Shown here in pieces: positions 1-14,800 of a stretch of 64,000 bases of DNA. The DNA lies in contig CM121341.1 of assembly GCA_051530055.1 (NCBI GenBank), forward strand, positions 17,462,784 through 17,526,783, given 5' to 3'. Below the pieces are notes generated by a model. The model ran no database searches, was not told the origin of the DNA, and worked only from the letters and a program-made list of their open reading frames with translations. Within the stretch, counting starts at the first letter, position 1. Each line of letters starts with the position of its first letter. A program made the position numbers and the translations under genes. The DNA comes from Neoechinorhynchus agilis (Eukaryota > Animalia > Acanthocephala).

Positions 1-2840
1 TGCTCTCAATTAGAGTCCTGAACAGCTGCGAACGGAGTTCATCTGGCAAAGACTCACTGTCAAACAGTGGTTTAAGTTGCCCCATTGCTCTCCAAGCTAT
101 AGCTCTCCGTCGGCTGACATCCGCACTCATCTCAGGAACGACAGCTCCCAGATAGACATATCGCTCTATCTGTTTTAATTGCTCAACGCCATTCAGCCCT
201 TAGGCAGAGACTGTATGCGCGACACGCGGAATCGTCAAGAATTCCATCTTTTTCGAATTAATGGTCAGACCAATCATACTCGCCCTCTCGCACAGTCTAT
301 TTAGCATGCGTTGAGCTCCTTCGACTGTTGAGGACATCAATACGATGTCGTCGGCATATGCCATGTAGGAGGCGCGTATCTCAGGATACCTGCGACCTCT
401 TTTCCTCAACAGAAGAAATCCATCTTCATCATTCGGTAGTGCCCATCTCATTACCCAATCAAGCACCAAGATGAAGAGGAAAGGAGCCAATGTGTCGCCC
501 TGCAGAACACCTGAAGTGGTGGAAAAGTATTCTGTCAAACCGTCAGCTGTCTTGACGGCGGACATTGTGTTTTTATATAATGCCAAAGCGGATGTGACAA
601 TGATCGGCGGCACTCCATATTCCTTTAAGATACCGCCAATCATCGTTCGATTTACCGAATCGAAAGCTCGACGGAAATCAACAAATACCAGCGTCACATC
701 CGTTTGATGAATTCGTGCCTCCTCGAGGATCCTCCTCAAAGCCAATATGTGCTCTGTGGTGCCTCGACCTTTCCTGAAGCCGTTCTGTTCAATTCTTAGA
801 AACGGTTCGAGGATTGGCTGAATTCGGCGTCTCAAAATGCTGCTGAAAAGTTTTGCCGTGTTGGACATCAAGGATATACCTCTGTAGTCCTCCACCTTTG
901 TCGAGCAGCATTTCTTGGGGATCATTGTTAAATGCGCCGTTTGCCAGATTTGAGGTACTGAGCCACCATTCATTATGCCATTCATTATCGGTATGATTTT
1001 TCTGGCAATAGATTCAAACCTCAGTACCTCTGCCATTATCCCATCTGGGCCTGATGCACGCCCGCACCCATCATTTTGGCCGCAGCGATCGCTTCCTGCA
1101 CGGATCTCGGTCCAGTGAAGTATGCCTCAGTGTTTGGGACGATTGTGCCTTTTCGAAGTGCAGGACTCACTTCCAAAGACGATAATGGCGAATTGAGAAT
1201 TTCCGCAAAATAATTTGCGATTCTCTTTTTTCTGTTTTCCGGGGAGAGACCTTCAATCAAAGTTGGCTGTCTTTGGGATCTTCCTGTGAGAGTGTTTATC
1301 GCTCTCCATGCTAAGGAGGTACGAACAAAACCTTCCTTATATGCGATCCCGCGAACTGCATCCTCTATCGAAGCCTTTTGCTTTTCATTATAGAGGTTGG
1401 CAAGTTCAAGACTTGCAATGCGAGCCTCAGATCGTTTCCCTCTTTTTCTTAGAGTTTTGATCTGCTCAGCCATTGCCATTAATTCACAGTCCTCCTGCCA
1501 TATAACCTTTGCAGCTTTTATACGCCTCATTTTTGGGAGGGTTTTCTCGGCCGCTTCGGTCACTGCGTCGCAGATTGACTTGTAATAAAAATCAATATCC
1601 GTTTCAGCAGCTGGCATCGAGCTCAGTTGATTCTCTAGTTCGATATCGAACTCTTTCCTCTTCTCCTCATTAGCGACGGCGCAATAGAACGGGCGTGGAG
1701 GATGCTGAGGCGTACTGAACAACGAGTCACTCATGCTCAACTGACACATCACCAACTTGTGGTCGGTTGGAAGCCCATCAACTGTGAATGTGTCAGCGTT
1801 TTTGACCCGACATTTTTCCTTACGTCTCAACAATATATGGTCAAGCTGAGCTAAGCGTCTCTTGGGATTTTTTCCCATGGCATGTTTGGACGGATTCTTT
1901 TGACCCATAAACGCCGCCAAACGCCACGCAAGCTTCCGGAATAAAGTGTTAGCAGACACGAGATCATGCCGCTCCAGCGCCTCAACCAAGTATCGGCTGT
2001 TCCGATTCTCGCCTTTCAACACATATAGCGATCTTTCGGAATGCGGTAAAATCGCGTTGAAGTCACCGGCTATTAGGAGGATGCCTCTGTTCGGTACATC
2101 ATCTAATGCTTCGGCTAGATTTCCATAAAATCCTTCAACCGCCTCTTCATCCGACGAGGAGATCGGTGAATATACGCCAAAAGCATAGAGATTTCTCGAT
2201 CGAAGCTTTATGTTGACACGAAGGATTCGGTCAGTTATAATACTGCATAGTGCTGAGTTTCGGAGGCGGGGTGATAAACAAACGCCTACACCTCCATTTC
2301 TTCGACTGTCCGCAGATAGGTAACATAATGACCAGCCTCCTCCTAAATCCTCCTGATTTACGTCTGTGTCTGACTGGCCTCTTATGCGCAATTCTTGTAA
2401 AAACACAAGATCCATTCTGGCGTCCCTTGCCAATTTGGTCAGGGTTTCCCTACGCCATTGCGCTCGCAGACTCCTACAATTCAAGTATCCGATTCGTAGT
2501 CCTCTCTTATCTGAAATAGCTGGGCCAAAGGGCTCACGGCTGTCAGCGCCACCTGAACAGTCCGTACCCACCACGGTGATGAGCTTCGACTGACGCTTTC
2601 GTTGACTCCGGCGACAGTTTCGCTCATTTCGATGCTATAGTCGTCGGCGACAGCTACGACGCCCTCACTTTTCCCGTTGCACTGGTGGATTTTGTTGCTC
2701 CCATTCGCTGCCGCATCACCAAGTGGAGCGGCACACCGACCCCACGTTGACGGGCGCCGGAGCTGCTTCTTTTACGTGACCGACAAGAATCAGTAACATC
2801 AAGTCCGATCATCGTGAAAGAAAGCTAGGGACCATCATCG
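1..2840 (-). mobile_element. Non-LTR retrotransposon, RTE/RTE-X-like LINE (APE endonuclease + RT), running off the left edge; ORF disrupted
   Basis: APE motifs in 1036..2574: GYLNCRSL, FLQELR, GGVG, GVYSP, IAGDFNA, QLDHIL, TDHKLV. RT motifs in 200..1036: YRGISL, QNGFRKGR, FVDFRRAFDSV, GVLQGDTLAPFLF (RTE-X-like), YADD. A 1-bp frameshift near 1060 (RASGPDGIMAEV restored in the other frame) and an in-frame TAA at 200-202, after which the same frame continues (RYVYLGAVV...LFRTLIES) to base 1. Confidence 0.88.
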
Positions 2841-2841
2841 T

Positions 2842-5800
2842 GGAAGCAAATGCACGTTCATATTTCTTTGTTTTTCTGCTTCTTCGCGAATATAATATTT
2901 TATAAATTTAGTCCAATCTCTGAGAAAGTTTTGACTAAAATTTGTTTGCAGAACTGACAAATGATGAGACATGCATTATTTTTATAAATTAGATAGGAAA
3001 ATAGCTCTAAATTTTCTCTGATGTCAGATAAAATAAGCAAATGCACGTTCATATTTCTTTGTTTTTCTGCTTCTTCGCGAATATAATATTTTATAAATTT
3101 AGTCCAATCTCTGAGAAAGTTTTGACTAAAATTTGTTTGCAGAACTGACAAATGATGAGACATGCATTATTTTTATAAATTAGATAGGAAAATAGCTCTA
3201 AATTTTCTCTGATGTCGGATAAAATAAGCAAATGCATGTTTATATTTTCTTGTTTTTCTGCTTCTTCACGAATATAATATTTTATAAATTTAGCCCAATC
3301 TCTGAGAAAGTTTTGACCAAAACTTGCTAGCAGAACTGACAAATGATAAGACATGTATTATTTTTATAAATGAAATGAGAAAATAGCTCTAGATTTTCTC
3401 TGATGTCAGATAAAATAAGCAAATGCACGTTTATATTTTTTCGTTTTTCTGCTTCTTAACGAAGATAATATTTTATAAATTTAGTCCAATCTCCATAAAC
3501 GTTTTGACCAAAACTTGTTAGCAGACCTGACAAATGATGAGACATGTACTATTTTTATTAACGGAATAAGAAAATAGCTCTTAGATTTTCTCTGGTGTCA
3601 TGTAAAATATGCAAATGCACGTCTATATTTTTTTCTTCTTCGCGAATATAATACTTCATAAATTTGGTCCAATCTCGGTGAAGGTTTTGACCAAAACTTG
3701 TGAGCAGAACTGACAAATGATGAGACATGTATTAATTTTATAAATGAAATAAGAAAATAGCTCTAGATTTTCTCTGATGTCAGATAAAATAAGCAAACGC
3801 ACGTTCATATTTCTTTGTTTTTCTGCTTCTTCGCGAATAAAATATTTTATAAATTTAGTCGAATCTCTGAGAAAGTTTTGACCAATACTTGTTAGCAGAA
3901 CTGACAAATGATGAGACATTTATTATTTTTGTTAATGAAATAAGAAAATAGCTCTAGATTTTCCCTGATGTCAGATAAAATAAGCTAATGCAGGTTTATA
4001 TTTTCTTTGTTATTTTGCTTTTTCACGAATATAATATTTTATAAATTTGGTCCAACCTCTGAGAAAGTTTTCACCAGAAGTTGTTAGCAGAACTGACAAA
4101 TGATGAGAAATGTATTGTTTTTATAAATGAAATAAGAAAATAGCTCTAGGTTTTCTCCGATGTCAGATAAAATAAGCCAATGCACGTTCATATTTTTTGT
4201 TTTTCTGCTTCTTAACGAATATAATATTTTGTAAATTTAGTCCAACCTCTGAGAAAGTTTTGACCAAAACTTTTTAACAGAACTGACAAATGATGAGACA
4301 TTTATTATTTTTATTAATGAAATAAAAAAATAGCTCTAGATTTTCTCTTATGTAAGATAAAGTAAGACAAATGCACGTTCATATGTTTTTGTTTTTCTGC
4401 TTCTTCATGAAAATAATATTTTATAACATTAGTCCAATCTTCGTGAAAGTTTTGATCAAAACTTGTTAGCAGAACTGACAATTGATGAGACATGTATTAT
4501 TTTTATTAATGAAATAAGAAAATAGCTCTAGATTTTCTCTGATGTCAGATAAAATAAGCAAATGCACGTTTATATTTTTTTGTATTTCTGCTTCTTCACC
4601 AATATAATATTTTATAAAATTAGTCCAATCTCTGAGGACGTTTTGACCAGAAGTTGTTGGCAGAACAGACAAATGACGAGACATGCATTATTTTTATAAA
4701 TCAAATTAGAAAATAGCTCTAGATTTTCTCTGATGTCAGATAAAATAAGAAAATGCACGTTCATATTTTTTTGTTTTTGTGCTAATTCGCGAATATAATG
4801 TTTTATAAAATTAGTCCAATCTCTGAGAAAGTTTTGACCAGAAGTTGTTAGCAGAACTGACAAATGATGAGAAATGTATTATTTTTATAAATGAAATAAG
4901 AAAATAGCTCTAGATTTTTTCTGATGTCAGATAAAATAAGCAAACGCACGTTCATATTTTTTTGTTTTTCTGCTTCTTCGCGAATAATATATTTCATAAA
5001 TTTAGTACGATCTCTGAGATAGTTTTGACCAAAACTTGTTAGCAGAACTGACAAATGATGAGACATGTATTATTTTTATTAATGAAATAAGAAAATAGCT
5101 CCAGATTTTCTATTACGTCAGATAAAATAAGACAAATGCACGTTTATTTTTTTTTTGTTTTTCTGCTTCTTCATGAATATTATATTTCATAAATTTAGTC
5201 AAATCTCCGTGAACGTTTTGACCAAAACTTGTTGGCACAACAGACAAATGATGAGACATGTATCATTTTTATAAATGAAATAAGAAAATAGCTCTAGATT
5301 TTCTCTGATGTCAGATAAAATAAGCAAATGAACGTTTATATTTTTTTGTATTTCTGCTTCTTCACGAATATAATATTTTATAAAATTAGTCCAATCTCTG
5401 AGAAAGTTTTGACCAGAAGTTGTTGGCAGAACAGACAAATGATGAGACATGCATTATTTTTATAAATCAAATTAGAAAATAGCTCCAGATTTTCTCTGAT
5501 GTCAGATAAAACAAGAAAATGCACGTTCATATTTTTTTGTTTTTGTGCTTCTTCGCGAATATAATGTTTTATAAAATTAGTCCAATCTCTGAGAAAGTTT
5601 TGACCAAAACTTGTTAACAGAACTAACAAATGATGAGACATTTATTATTTTTATTAATGAAATAAGAAAGCAGCTCTAGATTTTCTCTGATGTCAGATAA
5701 AATAAGCAAATGCACGTTTATATTTTTTTGTTTTTCTGCTTGTTCACAAATATTATATTTCATAAATTTAGTCCAATCTCCGTAAACCTTTTAACCAAAA

Positions 5801-8800
5801 CTTTTTAGCAGGCCTGACAAATGATGAGACATGTATTATTTTTATTAATGAAATAGAAAATTGCTCTTAGATTTTCTCTGGTGTCATGTAAAATATGCAA
5901 ATGCACGTCTATATTTTTGTTCTTCTTCGCGAATATAATATTTTATAAAATTAGTCCAATCTCTGAGAAAGTTTTGACTCGTTGTTAGCAGAACTGACAA
6001 ATGATGAGAAATGTTTTATTTTTATAAATGAAATAAGAAAATAGCTCTAGATTTTCTCTGATGTCAGATAAAATAAGCCAATGCACGTTCATATTTTTTG
6101 TTTTTCTGCTTCTTAACGAATATAATATTTTGTAAATTTAGTCCAACCTCTGAGAGAGTTTTGACCAAAACTTGTTGGCATAACAGACAAATGATGAGAC
6201 ATTTATTATTTTTATACATGAAATAAGAAAATATCCCTAGATTTGCTCTGATGTCAGATAAGATAAGCAAATGCTCGTTAATATTTTTTTGTTTTTCTGC
6301 TACTTCACGATCCAATCTACGTGAAAGTTTTGACCAAAACTTGTTAGCAGAACTGACAAAGGATTAGACATTTATTATTTTTATTAATGAAATAAGAAAA
6401 TAGCTCTAGCTTATCGCTTATGTCAGATAAAATAAGACAAATGCACGTTTATATTTTTCTGTTTTTCTGCTTCTTCATGAATGTAATATTTTATAAATTT
6501 AGTCCAATCTCTGAGAAAGTTTGGACCAACATTTGTTAGCAGACCTGACAAATGATGAGATATGTATTATTTTTATAAATTAAATAATAAAATAGCTCTA
6601 GATTTTCTCGGATGTCAGATGAAATAAGCAAATGCACGTTTATATTTTTTCTTTTTCTGCTTCTTAACGAAGATAATATTTTATAGATTTGGTCCAATCT
6701 CCGTGAACGTTTTGACCAAAACTTGTTAGCAGAACTGACAAATGATGAGAAATGTATTATTTTTATAAATGAAATAAGAAAATAGCTCTAGATTTTCTCT
6801 GATGTCAGATAAAATAAGCAAATGCACGTGTATATTTTTTTCTTCTTCGCGAATATAATACTTTATAAATTCGGTCCAATCTCGGTGAACGTTTTGACCA
6901 AAACTTGTGAGCAGAACTGACAAATGATGAGACATGTATTAATTTTATAAATGAAATAAGAAAATAGCTCTAGATTTTCTCTGATGTCAGATAAAATAAG
7001 CAAACGCACGTTCATATTTCTTTGTTTTTCTGCTTCTTCGCGAATAAAATATTTTATAAATTTAGTCGAATCTCTGAGAAAGTTTTGACCAAAACTTGTT
7101 AGCAGAACTGACAAATGATGAGACATTTATTATTTTTATTAATGAAATAAGAAAATAGCTCTAGATTTTCTCTGATGTCAGATAAAATAAGCTAATGCAG
7201 GTTTATATTCTTTTTTGTTATTTTGCTTTTTCACGAATATAATATTTTATAAATTTAGTCCAATCTCTGAGAAATTTTTGACCAAAACTTGTTAGCAGAA
7301 CTGACAAATGATGAGACATGTATTATTTTTATAAATGAAATAAGAAAATAGCTCTAGATTTTCTCTGATGTCAGATAAAATAAGCAAATGCTCGTTCATA
7401 TTTTTTTCTGCTTCTTCGCGATCCAATCTTCGTGAAAGTTTTGACCAAAACTTGCTAGCAGAACTGACAAATGATGAGACATGTATCATTTTTATTAATG
7501 AAATAAGAATATAGCTCTAGATTTGCTCTGATGTCGGATAAAATAAGCAAATGCACGTTTATATTTTTTTATTTTTTCTGCATATCCGCGAATATTATTT
7601 TTTATAAAATTAGTCCAATCTCTGAGAAAGTTTTGACCAAAAGTTGTTTGCAGAACTAACAAATGATGAGATTTTTATTATTTTTATAAATTAAATAATA
7701 AAATAGCTCTAGATTTTCTCGGATGTCAGATGAAATAAGCAAATCAACATTTATATTTTTTCTTTTTCTGCTTCTTAACGAAGATAATATTTTATAAATT
7801 TGGTCCAATCTCCGTAAACGTTTTGACCAAAACTTGTTAGGAGACCGGACAAAATATGAGGACTGTACTATTTTTATTATTTAAATTAGAAAATAGCTCT
7901 AGATTTTCTCTGATGTCAGATAAAATAAACAAATGCACGTTCATATTTTTTTGTTTTTCTGCTTCTTCACGAATATAATATTTTATAAATTTAGTCCAAT
8001 CTCTGGGAATGTTTTTACCAAAACTTGTTAGCAGAACTGACAAATGATGAGACATGTATTATTTTTATAAATGAAATAAGAAAATAGCTCTAGATTTTCT
8101 CTGATATCAGATAAAATAAGCAAATGCACGTCTACATTTTTTTTTGCTTCTTCGCGAATTTAATATTTTATAAATTAAGTCCGATCTCCGTGAAAGTTTT
8201 GACCAAAACTTGTGGGCAGAACTGACAAATGATGAGACATGTATTATTTTTATAAATGAAATAAGAAAATAGCTCTAGATTTTATCTTATGTCAGATAAA
8301 ATAAGACAAATGCACGTTTATATTTTTCTGTTTTTCTGCTTCTTCATGAATATAATATTTTATAAATTTAGTCCAATCTCTGAGAAAGTTTTGACCAAAA
8401 CTTGTTAGCAGAGCTGACAAAGGATGAGACACGTATTATTTTTATAAATGAAATAAGAAAGCAGCTCTAGATTTTCTCTGATGTCAGATAAAATAAGCAA
8501 ATGCACGTTCATATTTTTTTGTTTTTCTTCTTCGCGAATATTATATTTTATAAATTTAGTCCAATCTCCGTGAACGTTTTGACCAAAATTTGTTAGCAGA
8601 ACTGACATATGATGAGACATGTCATATTTTTATTAATGAAATTAGAAAATAGCTCTAGATTTTCTCTGGTGTCATGTAAAATAAGCAAATGCACGTCTAT
8701 ATTTTTTTTGATTCTTCGCGAATATAATAGTTTTTTAATTTGGTCCAATCTCCGTGAACGTTGTACCAAAACTTGTGAGCAGAACTGACAATTGATGAGA

Positions 8801-11800
8801 TTTTTATAATTTTTATAAATTAAATAATAAAATAGCTCTAGATTTTCTCGGATGTCAGATGAAATAAGCAAATGCACGTTTATATTTTTCTGTTTTTCTG
8901 CTTCTTAACGAAGATAATATTTTATAAATTTGGTCCAATCTCCGTAAACGTTTTGACCAAAACTTGTTAGCAGACCTGACAAAATATGAGACATGTACTA
9001 TTTTTATTATCGAAATAAGAAAATAGCTCTTAGATTTTCTCTGGTGTCATGTAAAATAAGCGAATGCACGTCTATATTTTTTTTGATTCTTCGCGAATAT
9101 AATATTTTATAAATTTGGTCCAATCTTCTTGAACGTTTCGACCAAAACTTGTGAGCAGAACTGACAAATGATGAGAAATGTATTATTTTTATAAATGAAA
9201 TAAGAAAATAGCTCTAGATTTTCTCTGATGTCAGATAAAGTAAGCAAATGCACGTTCATATTTTTTTGTTTTTCTGCTTCTTCACGAATATAATATTTTA
9301 TAAATTTAGTCCAATCTCTGAGAAAGTTTTGACCAAAACTTGCTAGTAGAACTGACAAATGATGAGACATGTATTATTTTTATAAATGAAATAAGAAAAT
9401 AGCTCTAGATTTTCTCTGATGTCAGATAAAATAAGCAAATGCTCGTTCATATTTTTTTCTGCTTCTTCGCGATCCAATCTTCGTGAAAGTTTTGACCAAA
9501 ACTTGCTAGCAGAACTGACAATTGATGAGACATGTATTATTTTTATTAATGAAATAAGAATATAGCTCTAGATTTTCTCTGATGTCGGATAAAATAAGCA
9601 AATGCACGTTTATATTTTTTTGTTTTTCTGCATATCCGCGAATATAATTTTTTATAAAATTAGTCCAATCTCTGAGAAAGTTTTGACCAAAAGTTGTTTG
9701 CAGAACTGACAAATGATGAGATATGTATTATTTTTATAAATTAAATAATAAAATAGCTCTAGATTTTCTCGGATGTCAGATGAAATAAGCAAATGCACGT
9801 TTATATTTTTTTGTTTTTCTTCTTCTTAACGAAGATAATATTTTATAAATTTGGTCCAATCTCCGTAAACGTTTTTACCAAAACTTGTTAGCAGACCTGA
9901 CAAATGATGAGACATGTATTATTTTTATTAATGAAATAAGAAAATAGCTTAGATTTTCTCTGGGTCATGTAAAATAAGCAATGCACGTCTTATTTTTTTG
10001 CTTCTTCGCGAATATAGTATTTATAAATTTTGTCCAATCTCCGTGAACGTTTGACCAAAACTTGTGAGCAGAACTGACAAATGATGAGAAATGTATTATT
10101 TTTATAAATGAAATAAGAAAATAGCTCTAGATTTTCTCTGATGTCAGATAAAATAAGCAGATGCTGGTTAATATTTTTTTATTTTTCTGCTTCTTCATGA
10201 TCCAATCTTCGCGAAAGTTTTGACCAAAACTTGTTAGCAGAACTGACAAAGGATGAGACATGTATTATTTTTATTAATGAAATAAGAATATAGCTCTAGA
10301 TTTTCTCTGATGTCGGATAAAATAAGCAAATGCACGTTTATATTTTTTTGTTTTTCTGCTTCTTCACGAATATAATATTTTATAAATTTAGTCCAATCTC
10401 TGAGAAAGTTTTGACCAAAACTTGTTAGCAGAACTGACAAATGATGAGACATGTATTATTTTTATAAATGAAATAAGAAAATAGCTCTAGATTTTCTCTG
10501 ATGTCAGATAAAATAAGCAAATGCACGTCTATATTTTTTTTGATTCTTCGCGAATATAATAGTTTTTAAATTTGGTCCAATCTCCGTGAACGTTTTGACC
10601 AGAACTTGTGAGCAGAACTGACAATTGATGAGATTTTTATAATTTTTATAAATTAAATAATAAAATATCTAGATTTTCTCGGATGTCAGATGAATAAGCA
10701 AATGCACGTTTATATTTTTTCTTTTTCTTCTTCTTAACGAAGATAATATTTTATAAATTTGGTCCAATCTCCGTAAACGTTTTGACCAAAACTTGTTAGC
10801 AGACCTGACAAAATATAAGACATGTACCATTTTTATTAATGAAATAAGAAAATAGCTCTTAGATTTTCTCTGGTGTCATGTAAAATAAGCAAATGCACGT
10901 CTTTATTTTTTTGCTTCTTCGCGAATATAGTATTTTATAAATTTGGTCCAATCTCCGTGAACGTTTTGACCAAAACTTGTGAGCAGAACTGACAAATGAT
11001 GAGAAATGTATTATTTTTATAAATGAAATAAGAAAATAGCTCTAGATTTTCTCTGATGTCAGATAAAATAAGCAATGCTGTTATATTTTTTTTTTTTCTG
11101 CTTCTTCATGATCCAATCTTCGGAAAGTTTTGACCAAAACTTGTTAGCAGAACCAAAGGATGACATGTATCATTTTTATTAATGAAATAAGAATATAGCT
11201 CTAGATTTTCTCTGATGTCGGATAAAATAAGCAAATGCACGTTTATATTTTTTGTTTTTCTGCATATCCGCGAATATAATTTTTTATAAAATTAGTCCAA
11301 TCTCTGAGAAAGTTTTGACCAAAAGTTGTTTGCAGAACTGACAAATGATGAGACATGTATTATTTTTATAAATGAAATAAGAAAATAGCTCTAGATTTTC
11401 TCTGATGTCAGATAAAATAAGCAAATGCACGTCTATATTTTTTTTGATTCTTCGCGAATATAATAGTTTTTAAATTTGGTCCAATCTCCGTGAACGTTTT
11501 GACCAGAACTTGTGAGCAGAACTGACAATTGATGAGATTTTTATAATTTTTATAAATTAAATAATAAAATAGCTCTAGATTTTCTCGGATGTCAGATGAA
11601 ATAAGCAAATGCACGTTTATATTTTTTCTTTTTCTTCTTCTTAACGAAGATAATATTTTATAAATTTGGTCCAATCTCCGTAAACGTTTTGACCAAAACT
11701 TGTTAGCAGACCTGACAAAATATGAGACATGTACCATTTTTATTAATGAAATAAGAAAATAGCTCTTAGATTTTCTCTGGTGTCATGTAAAATAAGCAAA

Positions 11801-14800
11801 TGCACGTCTTTATTTTTTTGCTTCTTCGCGAATATAGTATTTTATAAATTTGGTCCAATCTCCGTGAACGTTTTTACCAAAACTTGTGAGCAGAACTGAC
11901 AAATGATGAGAAATGTACTATTTTTATAAATGAAATAAGAAAATAGCTCTAGATTTTCTCTGATGTCAGATAAAATAAGCAAATGCACGTTCAATTTTTT
12001 TTGTTTTTCTGCTTCTTCACGAATATAATATTTTATAAATTTTGTCAAGTCTCTGAGAATGTTTTGACCAAAACTTGTTTGCAGAACTGACAAATGATGA
12101 GACATGTATTATTTTTATAAATGAAATAAGAAAATTGCTCTAGATTTTCTCTGATATCAGATAAAATAAGCAAATGCACGTCTACATTTTTTTTGGCTTC
12201 TACGCGAATATAATATTTGATAAATTAAATCCGATCTCCGTGAACGTTTTGACCAAAACTTGTAGGCAGAACTGACAAATGATGAGACATGTAATCATTT
12301 TTATTAATGAAATAAGAATATAGCTCTAGATTTTCTCTGATGTCGGATAAAATAAGCAAATGCACGTTTATATTTTTTTATTTTTTCTGCATATCCGCGA
12401 ATATAATTTTTTATAAAATTAGTCCAATCTCTGAGAAAGTTTTGACCAAAAGTTGTTTGCAGAACTAACAAATGATGAGATTTTTATTATTTTTATAAAT
12501 TAAATAATAAAATAGCTCTAGATTTTCTCGGATGTCAGATGAAATAAGCAAATCCACATTTATATTTTTTCTTTTTCTGCTTCTTAACGAAGATAATATT
12601 TTATAAATTTGGTCCAATCTCCGTAAACGTTTTGACCAAAACTTGTTAGGAGACCTGACAAAATATGAGACATGTACTATTTTTATTATTTAAATTAGAA
12701 AATAGCTCTGGATTTTCTCTGATGTCAGATAAAATAAACAAATGCACGTTCATATTTTTTTGTTTTTCTGCTTCTTCACGAATATAATATTTTATAAATT
12801 TAGTCCAATCTCTGGGAATGTTTTTACCAAAACTTGTTAGCAGAACTGACAAATGATGAGACATGTATTATTTTTATAAATGAAATAAGAAAATGGCTCT
12901 AGATTTTCTCTGATATCAGATAAAATAAGCAAATGCACGTCTACATTTTTTTTGCTTCTTCGCGAATATAATATTTTATAAATTAAGTCCGATCTCCGTG
13001 AAAGTTTTGACCAAAACTTGTGGGCAGAACTGACAAATGATGAGACATGTATTATTTTTATAAATGAAATAAGAAAATAGCTCTAGATTTTATCTTATGT
13101 AAGATAAAATAAGACAAATGCACGTTTATATTTTTCTGTTTTTCTGCTTCTTCATGAATATAATATTTTATAAATTTAGTCCAATCTCTTAGAAAGTTTT
13201 GACCAAAACTTGTTAGCAGAGCTGACAAAGGATGAGACACGTATTATTTTTATAAATGAAATAAGAAAGCAGCTCTAGATTTTCTCTGATGTCAGATAAA
13301 ATAAGCAAATGCACGTTCATATTTTTTTGTTTTTCTTCTTCTTCGCGAATATTATATTTTATAAATTTAGTCCAATCTCCGTGAACGTTTTGACCAAAAT
13401 TTGTTAGCAGAACTGACATATGATGAGACATGTCATATTTTTATTAATGAAATTAGAAAATAGCTCTAGATTTTCTCTTGTGTCATGTAAAATAAGCAAA
13501 TGCACGTCTATATTTTTTTTGATTCTTCGCGAATATAATAGTTTTTAAATTTGGTCCAATCTCCGTGAACGTTTTGACCAGAACTTGTGAGCAGAACTGA
13601 CAATTGATGAGATTTTTATAATTTTTATAAATTAAATAATAAAATAGCTCTAGATTTTCTCGGATGTCAGATGAAATAAGCAAATGCACGTTTATATTTT
13701 TCTGTTTTTCTGCTTCTTAACGAAGATAATATTTTATAAATTTGGTCCAATCTCCGTAAACGTTTTGACCAATACTTGTTAGCAGACCTGACAAAATATG
13801 AGACATGTACTATTTTTATTATCGAAATAAGAAAATAGCTCTTAGATTTTCTCTGGTGTCATGTAAAATAAGCGAATGCACGTCTATATTTTTTTTGATT
13901 CTTCGCGAATATAATATTTTATAAATTTGGTCCAATCTTCTTGAACGTTTCGACCAAAACTTGTGAGCAGAACTGACAAATGATGAGAAATGTATTATTT
14001 TTATAAATGAAATAAGAAAATAGCTCTAGATTTTCTCTGATGTCAGATAAAATAAGCAAATGCACGTTCATATTTTTTTGTTTTTCTGCTTCTTCACGAA
14101 TATAATATTTTATAAATTTAGTCCAATCTCTGAGAAAGTTTTGACCAAAACTTGCTAGTAGAACTGACAAATGATGAGACATGTATTATTTTTATAAATG
14201 AAATAAGAAAATGGCTCTAGATTTTCTCTGATATCAGATAAAATAAGCAAATGCACGTCTACATTTTTTTTGCTTCTTCGCGAATATAATATTTTATAAA
14301 TTAAGTCCGATCTCCGTGAAAGTTTTGACCAAAACTTGTGGGCAGAACTGACAAATGATGAGACATGTATTATTTTTATAAATGAAATAAGAAAATAGCT
14401 CTAGATTTTATCTTATGTCAGATAAAATAGGACAAATGCACGTTTATATTTTTCTGTTTTTCTGCTTCTTCATGAATATAATATTTTATAAATTTAGTCC
14501 AATCTCTTAGAAAGTTTTGACCAAAACTTGTTAGCAGAGCTGACAAAGGATGAGACACGTATTATTTTTATAAATGAAATAAGAAAGCAGCTCTAGATTT
14601 TCTCTGATGTCAGATAAAATAAGCAAATGCACGTTCATATTTTTTTGTTTTTCTTCTTCTTCTTCGCGAATATTATATTTTATAAATTTAGTCCAATCTC
14701 CGTGAACGTTTTGACCAAAATTTGTTAGCAGAACTGACATATGATGAGACATGTCATATTTTTATTAATGAAATTAGAAAATAGCTCTAGATTTTCTCTT

